Positions 57,660 to 64,000 of a stretch of DNA of 64,000 bases are shown piece after piece. Each line of letters opens with the position of its first letter. Within the stretch, counting starts at the first letter, position 1. The stretch is taken from assembly GCA_963703225.1 (NCBI GenBank), contig OY969801.1:2656001-2720000 (forward strand). The letters are read 5' to 3'. The position numbers and the translations under genes were made by a program. The DNA is from Candidatus Eiseniibacteriota bacterium. GTDB lineage: Bacteria; Eisenbacteria; RBG-16-71-46; SZUA-252. The notes beneath the pieces are model-generated. The model saw only the letters and a list, made by a program, of their open reading frames with translations, was not told where the DNA came from and searched no databases.

Positions 57660-60254
57660 CTATTTCAGGCCTTCCACCCAGTAGAGATCGGAAATGAGGA
57701 TCCCGTAAGTGTAGGCAAGAGTGGTTCCGTCGGCCGAGACCAGCGGATTGCCCACCCTTCGGGCCACTCCCCCTCCCGACGGGTCCAGCTCGGCCCACGC
57801 GGTCCTGGAGCCGGTCCGCCAGTCCAGCCGCGAGATGCGGCTCGTTCGCTTGTCTGGCCCGGGAAGCGCGGTGTAGAGGAAGCGCCCGTCCGCGCTCCAT
57901 CGAATCGGGAACTCGTTGGGAAGGAGACCCGGAATCGGTCGGCTCGGGCCGCCTTGGGTCGGCCAGAGGCAGCAACGGCCGTCGGGCGCTTTGGCTGCGA
58001 ATTGTCGACCGTCCGGTGATATCACGTGAGACCCGAATCCGAACCCGGTGACCCCCTCGGACGTAACGGGAGACGGATTGCCGCCGGAAACGCTCTGGAT
58101 GTACATCCGCGCGCCATGTCCCGGCTCGCTCCCCAGGAACAGCAGACGCTGCCCATCCGGCATCCAGCTTCCAGCTTGATATTCGCGGATTGTCCCGGCC
58201 GAAAGCTCCCGCGCCTGACCCACTCCGGTCGGTAGAAGCACCGGGTGCGGCTTGGCTCCGCGAAGGACCGACAGCGCCCACTCTCCGTTCGGCGAGAGCG
58301 CCAGGGCCTCCCCCGCCCCGAGGCGCACGGCCGGAGATCCATCCGTCTTCCGGAGATAAACGCCGTACGCCGGGCCTCCACCCTCGCCGCTCTCGGTGAA
58401 CAGCAGGGTCTTTCCGTCGGCCGAGAGGTCCCGCGTCGCCGACCAATCGAGCCATGTCAGGTCCCGATCCTTCGCGTCGGAGACGCGGCGGCCCGCGCTC
58501 CCGTATCGGTACGTTGTCTGGGCGAGCAGAACTCGCCCGTCGCGCGAGATGTCGTGAATCGCCAAAGACCCGGGCGACCTCAGCAGCGCGCGCACCTTGC
58601 CCTGCATCGACACGACGTAGAGCGATCGAATCGGCCCCTCCTCCGAGGCCGTGAACCAGAGCTCTTTGCCGCTCGGCGCCCACGCGAGGCCCTGAATGCT
58701 CATGGGGGTCTTGGTGAGCCGGCGAATTTTGCCGGCTCGATCGACGACCGCGACCGTGCCGCGATCGTCGCCAAAGATTGGATGGTCCAGGAAGGCGATC
58801 CAGTTTCCGTCGGGAGAGAACCTCGGCTCGCGGATCGACCCGGCGGTTTCATAGAGCAATTTCCCGATCGGATACTCGAGGCGACGCTTCCCGTCCCCTT
58901 CACGCACCACCGTCAGGTCGTCCCCCCGCGGAGACCAATCGGCCCAGAGGACGTCGTGCAGTATCTCCCGCGGCGCGCCCCCCTCCAGTGGAAGGCGGGC
59001 CAGCGTGCCGTGGTACGCCCATCCGCCGGCGTATTCCGCCTGGAGCAGAACCGCGAGCTCGCCGGAGGAGGAGACCGAGAGGATGTTGGCGGTGCCCAGC
59101 TCGAGGGGACGGGATTCCGGGCTCTCCGGCCGCGTCGAGAAGACCTCGAGCGGCTTTTCCCCCCACGCGGCGGAGTAAACCACCGTGCGCCCGTCAGGGG
59201 CGAAGCGCGCCGACCAGACAAAGCCGGAGCGGAATGTCAGCCGGTGGAATGAAGCGGGCTGTGGGGCCGAGCCGCTCCAAATCGGTCTGCCGACAAGGAT
59301 CCCGGCCGCGATCCCCGCGAGGAGCGTGCCGAGCGCGAGCCAGCGAAACCGACGACGGATGGTGGCGCCCGCGGGCTCCTCCGGGCCGCGGCCATCCACG
59401 AGCTCGAGCGCGCCTCGGAGCTGAAACGCAAGGTCGTGGGCCGACTGATACCGCTCGCGCGGATCCTTCTCCAGGCAATGGCGGACGATCCGCTCGAGCG
59501 ACGAAGGAACCGGGCGCGTCTCCGACGACAGGGGCGCCGGATCCGCGTTCAAGATCGCGGCCATCGTCTCAGCGGCGGTGGCGGACTTGAATGCCCGCCG
59601 CCCCGCGACCATCTCGTAGAGGATCGTGCCGAGCGAGAAGATGTCGGAGCGATGATCGGCGGGCTCGCCCCGCACCTGCTCCGGGGCCATGTACCCCACG
59701 GTGCCGAGAAGCACCCCCGATTGGGTTCCCGGCATCGCCATCGTCGGCTCGGACGCGCCGGCGGCCGCGGCCGGGCCGACGGGCTTGGCGAGCCCGAAGT
59801 CCAGGATCTTGATCCGCCGGTCCTTGGTGACGAAGAGATTGTCCGGCTTCAGATCGCGGTGGACGATCCCCTTGTCATGCGCCGCGGCCAGCCCCTCGGC
59901 GATCTGGATGCCTAGCTCCAGCGCGACGCGAAGGCTCGGCGGCGCCGACTGGAGACGGTCGCGGAGGGTCTCGCCCTGGAGGAGCTCGGTGACGAGAAAG
60001 GGGACCCCCTCGCCCGAGCCGACGTCGTAGATCGCGACGATGTTCGGATGGTTGAGTGTCGCGACCGCGCGCGCTTCCTGCTGGAATCGACTGAGCCGCT
60101 CGGGATCGGCGGCGAATGCGGGAGGGAGGATCTTGAGGGCGACGTCGCGTCCCAGCCTCGGGTCTCGGGCTCGGTACACCTCGCCCATCGCACCCGCTCC
60201 CAACGGGGCGACGATCTCGTAATGACCGAGGCGCGCGCCGGCGGTTACCCCCAT
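57660..60254 (-). CDS. Hanks-type Ser/Thr protein kinase with TM helix and PD40/TolB-like propeller
   Basis: [33 protein letters not shown] and SDIFS; repeated SPDG units. Confidence 0.96.
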   Translation of the reverse strand: MGVTAGARLGHYEIVAPLGAGAMGEVYRARDPRLGRDVALKILPPAFAADPERLSRFQQEARAVATLNHPNIVAIYDVGSGEGVPFLVTELLQGETLRDRLQSAPPSLRVALELGIQIAEGLAAAHDKGIVHRDLKPDNLFVTKDRRIKILDFGLAKPVGPAAAAGASEPTMAMPGTQSGVLLGTVGYMAPEQVRGEPADHRSDIFSLGTILYEMVAGRRAFKSATAAETMAAILNADPAPLSSETRPVPSSLERIVRHCLEKDPRERYQSAHDLAFQLRGALELVDGRGPEEPAGATIRRRFRWLALGTLLAGIAAGILVGRPIWSGSAPQPASFHRLTFRSGFVWSARFAPDGRTVVYSAAWGEKPLEVFSTRPESPESRPLELGTANILSVSSSGELAVLLQAEYAGGWAYHGTLARLPLEGGAPREILHDVLWADWSPRGDDLTVVREGDGKRRLEYPIGKLLYETAGSIREPRFSPDGNWIAFLDHPIFGDDRGTVAVVDRAGKIRRLTKTPMSIQGLAWAPSGKELWFTASEEGPIRSLYVVSMQGKVRALLRSPGSLAIHDISRDGRVLLAQTTYRYGSAGRRVSDAKDRDLTWLDWSATRDLSADGKTLLFTESGEGGGPAYGVYLRKTDGSPAVRLGAGEALALSPNGEWALSVLRGAKPHPVLLPTGVGQARELSAGTIREYQAGSWMPDGQRLLFLGSEPGHGARMYIQSVSGGNPSPVTSEGVTGFGFGSHVISPDGRQFAAKAPDGRCCLWPTQGGPSRPIPGLLPNEFPIRWSADGRFLYTALPGPDKRTSRISRLDWRTGSRTAWAELDPSGGGVARRVGNPLVSADGTTLAYTYGILISDLYWVEGLK

Positions 60255-60362
60255 GCGCGCGAGTATACTCCGCGCCGCCCGATAGGGTCTTCACCTCCCG
60301 CGGGGTGGCTTGCGTCCGCCATCGAACCCGTCTACGCTCGTTCGTTCCATCGGGAGGCACAC

Positions 60363-61598
60363 ATGCGCATTGGGACTCCCCTCTCCCCCGGCGCCACCAA
60401 GGTCATGCTCCTCGGCGCGGGGGAGCTGGGCAAGGAAGTGATCATCGCCCTCCAGCGTCTGGGAGTCGAAACCATCGCGGTCGACCGCTACCCGCACGCG
60501 CCGGGCCACCAGGTGGCGCATCGCTACCACGTCGTCGACATGACCGATCCCAAGGCGCTTCGCGCGGTGGTGGAGAGAGAGCGCCCACACCTCGTGGTGC
60601 CGGAGATCGAGGCGATCGCGACCGACGAGTTGGCCCGCATCGAACAGGCGGGGCTCGCCACGGTCATCCCGACCGCGCGCGCCACCCAGCTCACCATGAA
60701 TCGCGAGGGCATTCGCCGCCTCGCCGCCGAAGAGCTTCGCCTCCCCACCTCGAAGTACCGGTTCGCGGCGTCCGCCGAGGAGATTCGCGCCGCCGCGGCC
60801 GCGCTGGGCTATCCGTGCGTGGTCAAGCCGGTCATGTCCTCCTCCGGGAAGGGCCAATCGGTGATGCGCCAGGCCGCCGAGGTCGACAGGGCGTGGGAGT
60901 ACGCGCAGAGCGCCGGGCGGGTCCGGGGCGGCCGCGTGATCGTGGAAGAGATGATCCGCTTCGAGTACGAGATCACCCTGCTCACCGTTCGGTCGCTGGA
61001 CGAGCGGGGGGAGAACGTGACGTCGTTCTGCGAGCCGGTCGGGCACGTGCAGGTGAAGGGCGACTACGTCGAGAGCTGGCAACCGCAGGCGATGTCCGAG
61101 ACCGCCCGGTCGCGGGCCCAGGACGTGGCCAGGAAGGTGACCGATGGCTTGGGCGGGCGCGGGATCTTTGGGGTGGAGCTCTTCGTGAACGGGGATCAGG
61201 TTTGGTTCAGCGAGGTGAGCCCTCGCCCCCACGATACCGGCATGGTGACGATGATCACCCAGGCTCAGAGCGAGTTCGAGCTCCACGCCAGGGCGATCCT
61301 CGGCCTTCCCGTCAACACTGAGATCCTGACCCCTGGGGCGAGCGCGGTGATCTATGGCGGCGTGGACGAGAAGGGCATCACGTTCGAGGGCGTCGCCGAA
61401 GCGCTGCGGGTGCCCCGCACCGATCTGCGGTTGTTCGGCAAGCCGGAGGCCTTCACCCGACGCCGGATGGGCGTGGCTCTGGCGTACGGCCCCGACATTC
61501 GGGACGCCCGCGAGCGCGCCAAGCTCTGCGCCAGCAGGGTCCGGCCAGTGATCGACTCGATTACCAGGGTCGAGGCCCCGCTCGTCCCGGGTCGGTAA
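60363..61598 (+). CDS. purT: Formate-dependent phosphoribosylglycinamide formyltransferase
   Basis: [57 protein letters not shown] and RRMGVALA. Confidence 0.97.
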   Translation: MRIGTPLSPGATKVMLLGAGELGKEVIIALQRLGVETIAVDRYPHAPGHQVAHRYHVVDMTDPKALRAVVERERPHLVVPEIEAIATDELARIEQAGLATVIPTARATQLTMNREGIRRLAAEELRLPTSKYRFAASAEEIRAAAAALGYPCVVKPVMSSSGKGQSVMRQAAEVDRAWEYAQSAGRVRGGRVIVEEMIRFEYEITLLTVRSLDERGENVTSFCEPVGHVQVKGDYVESWQPQAMSETARSRAQDVARKVTDGLGGRGIFGVELFVNGDQVWFSEVSPRPHDTGMVTMITQAQSEFELHARAILGLPVNTEILTPGASAVIYGGVDEKGITFEGVAEALRVPRTDLRLFGKPEAFTRRRMGVALAYGPDIRDARERAKLCASRVRPVIDSITRVEAPLVPGR

Positions 61599-61610
61599 TC
61601 CTCGAGGGAA

Positions 61611-63692
61611 ATGGCCCGCAAGCGAAAACCGAAGCAAAGGGAAAGGACTCCGGGGGCCCCCCCGAGCCAAGGCCCCCGCCGGTCCCTCCTCGCCCGCTTA
61701 CCCTGGCTCGCCCCCGCCGCGCTCATGCTCCTCACCGCGGCGGTCTACGCGCGCTCCCTCCGAGTGCCCATCCTCGATTGGGACGACTACGTCTACTACT
61801 TCCGCGACGCCCGCCTCGATCGGCTCTCGGCCGAGAACCTTTGGCGGATCATGACACAGTCGTTCTTCGCCAACTTTCACCCGATCACAACGCTCACCTT
61901 CGCCCTGGACCGGTCGGTTTGGGGAACATGGGTGCCGGGTTACCACATCACCCATCTCGCTTTCTACATCGGGGGCGTGGTGGCGCTCTACTTCCTGTTC
62001 GCCCGGCTTCTCGGCTCCCGGGCGGCCGCGTTTGCCGCGGCCGCGCTCTACTCCGTTCACACCATCCACGTGGAATCGGTGGCCTGGCTCGCCTCACGCA
62101 AGGACGTCGTCTGCCTCTTCTTCTACGCCCTCTCTCTCCTGACGTACGTGCGATACGCGGGGAGATCCAAAGGGGTCATGGGCTCCTACGCCCTCTCCCT
62201 GGTGTTCGCCGCGGCCGCCATGCTCTCGAAGGGGTACGCGGTCATCCTCCCCGCGGTGATGCTGGCCTACGACTACTGCTTTACCGGTCGCCTGACACGG
62301 CGACAGATACTCGACAAGATCCCGTTTCTCGCGCTCTGCGCCGCCGCCATCTTGCTCACCGTTCACGCTCAGGACCGAGACACCGCGCTCATCCAATCGA
62401 CCATCACGGGAGGGCGGCGGGTCGGATTGCTGGCGAAGATCTTCGCCCTCTATATCCGGAAGACACTCCTGCCGACGGATCTGTCGGCGTTCTACGTCGT
62501 GGCGGGGAAGCCCGTCGAAGGCTATCTCGTGCTCTTCGGCGGGCTGGCGGCGATTGGATGCGTCGCCGGATTCATTTTCTGGCGCCGGAGCCTTCCCGCG
62601 GCGGCCTTCGGGATCGCGCTGTTCCTCCTTCCCCTGGGCACGGTGATGAACTTCATCTACACGCTGCGCATTTGGATGGCGGATCGGTATCTCTTCTTCC
62701 CGACGATCGGCATTTGCCTTACTGGCGTCGCGCTCGCCGCTTCGTGGGGCGCTCCTGCCCAGCTCCGCTCCAACGCCCGCACGGCGCGCGTCGCGCTGCC
62801 GGTCCTGGCCGCCCTGCTGATCTGCTTCTATTCCGTTCTCACCGTCCAGCGGATCGGCGTCTGGACGAGTCCGCTCACGCTCTGGAGCGATGTCCTGCGC
62901 AAGGATCTCGGCCTTCCGGGCTCGGGGCCGATCACCGCCGGAGATCTCCGCGGCGCGGCCGACCTCCGGGCCGCCCCGAGCGTCGCGGTCATGAGCCTGG
63001 TGCGGGCTTACGAGTCGGCGGGAAATGGCGACGAGGCGCAGCGGATCAACGATCTCCTGGGTCGGGCGGCGATCGGAGGCGTCGAGGAGCGCGAAATGGC
63101 CGCCGCGAGGGACGACCTCGAGGCGGGGCGGTACGACGAGTCGATCCGGCGGCTCACCCCGATTTCCGAAGGCGGGACCTGGCTCGCGCCACAGGCGACG
63201 ATCTGGATCGGCGTCGCGCAGAACCGGAAGGGCGACGTGGAGGCCTCCCGACAGACAATCAACCGCGCGGTCGGGCTCTACCGGAAATCTGGACAGCCCG
63301 CCACGGATGCCTATGTCGGCATCGGCGCGATGGAGTTCAACAAGGGGAATTTTGCAAAGGCGGCCGAGTGGTACCGCCTCGCGCACCAGGAATCGCCTCG
63401 GGAAGCGAAGGCCGCGTTCTACTTGGCGCGGTCCCTGGAGGAGACGGGCCGCACGGCCGAGGCGATGCAGCTCTACAAGCGGATCGCCAGCGGCGAGCTG
63501 CCCATTCTGGCGGGAAGCCAGTTCACGATCCTCGACGTCTACTCGCAGATGGAAGTGATCGCCGAGCGCGAGGGCCGGACCCAAGATGCGATCGGCTATC
63601 TCGAGGAGATCCTGCGCCGGGCGCCGAACCACCCCCGTCGCGACGTCATCCTCGCGCGGATCGCTTCGCTCCGAGGAACGCCCGCGAAGTAG
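61611..63692 (+). CDS. TMTC-like GT-C membrane protein with C-terminal TPR repeats
   Basis: WDD, NFHP-T, HTIHVESVAW---RKD, LSK and ADRYL; TPR helices at the C-terminus. Confidence 0.88.
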   Translation: MARKRKPKQRERTPGAPPSQGPRRSLLARLPWLAPAALMLLTAAVYARSLRVPILDWDDYVYYFRDARLDRLSAENLWRIMTQSFFANFHPITTLTFALDRSVWGTWVPGYHITHLAFYIGGVVALYFLFARLLGSRAAAFAAAALYSVHTIHVESVAWLASRKDVVCLFFYALSLLTYVRYAGRSKGVMGSYALSLVFAAAAMLSKGYAVILPAVMLAYDYCFTGRLTRRQILDKIPFLALCAAAILLTVHAQDRDTALIQSTITGGRRVGLLAKIFALYIRKTLLPTDLSAFYVVAGKPVEGYLVLFGGLAAIGCVAGFIFWRRSLPAAAFGIALFLLPLGTVMNFIYTLRIWMADRYLFFPTIGICLTGVALAASWGAPAQLRSNARTARVALPVLAALLICFYSVLTVQRIGVWTSPLTLWSDVLRKDLGLPGSGPITAGDLRGAADLRAAPSVAVMSLVRAYESAGNGDEAQRINDLLGRAAIGGVEEREMAAARDDLEAGRYDESIRRLTPISEGGTWLAPQATIWIGVAQNRKGDVEASRQTINRAVGLYRKSGQPATDAYVGIGAMEFNKGNFAKAAEWYRLAHQESPREAKAAFYLARSLEETGRTAEAMQLYKRIASGELPILAGSQFTILDVYSQMEVIAEREGRTQDAIGYLEEILRRAPNHPRRDVILARIASLRGTPAK

Positions 63693-63744
63693 CGAATATC
63701 AGGGGGGATAGAGCGACCACCGGTCGGCCCCGTTCAATCGCCGG

Positions 63745-63772
63745 TTAAGCGCGGACAGCCGGCTGCCGATAG
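63745..63772 (+). promoter_or_regulatory. Putative sigma28-type promoter
   Basis: TTAAG-N15-GCCGATAG, about 90 nt upstream of the ATG at 63862. Confidence 0.55.
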
Positions 63773-63861
63773 TTCCGGCGGGGATTCCACCGCAATCGGC
63801 ATCGCTGTCGGCGCCGGCTCCCACGCGTTTGGCGCGGTCCGGAAGGCCCGGGGAGATCGAC

Positions 63862-64000
63862 ATGGGACGGGGATTGAAGGTCGCTGCGTTCTCTGTGGGC
63901 GCCATGGTGCTTGGCGCCGTGCTCTTCGCGATGATGTCGGGCTCGAAGCAGGCCGCCCAGCCGGAGAGCAAGGTCACCGTCTCCTGGGAGCTGGACTCGC
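63862..64000 (+). CDS. N-terminus of an exported or membrane-anchored protein (runs off the window)
   Basis: SD GGGGAG, then MGRGLKVAAFSVGAMVLGAVLFAMMSGSKQ. Confidence 0.55.
   Translation, partial: MGRGLKVAAFSVGAMVLGAVLFAMMSGSKQAAQPESKVTVSWELDS

Noticed and set aside
60270..60362. Possible ZMP/ZTP (pfl) riboswitch upstream of purT
   Set aside because: The conserved GACUGGCG and GCCUGGGC elements are absent; only generic GC-rich hairpins are present.
1..64000. Prophage, IS, integron, defence system, tRNA or rRNA
   Set aside because: I recognised no integrase, transposase, nuclease, cas or structural RNA signatures, and composition looks uniform by eye.

Overview
High-GC bacterial chromosomal window, densely coding, with about 60 genes. 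I recognised no rRNA, tRNA, CRISPR array, transposase or phage gene. Secreted proteins with a C-terminal FlgD-Ig-like domain, an Acidobacteria-style Ser/Thr kinase-PD40 fusion and a clade II nos cluster suggest an uncultured FCB-related lineage such as Ca. Eisenbacteria (inference only). The main locus is a clade II nitrous oxide reductase cluster (33721-41777): hemerythrin, cytochrome c, nosZ, an apparent nosB-nosD fusion, nosF, a cupredoxin-like gene, nosY, no nosL, and a divergent Crp/Fnr regulator with two FNR-like boxes. Other notable items: a SbnI/SerK-like ParB-fold kinase next to an ornithine cyclodeaminase-family gene; a circularly permuted TrxB-like flavoprotein fused to a NapH/NosH-like polyferredoxin; an atypical CX10CX2C radical SAM operon preceded by a three-way-junction element with a cUUCGg loop; a sigma54 promoter with paired enhancer sites; three sigma28-like promoters; many apparently leaderless genes; and three truncated gene remnants. 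At least eight genes carry single-base frameshifts, densest in nosZ, which most likely reflects long-read consensus errors. All calls come from motif recognition by eye, with no database searches.
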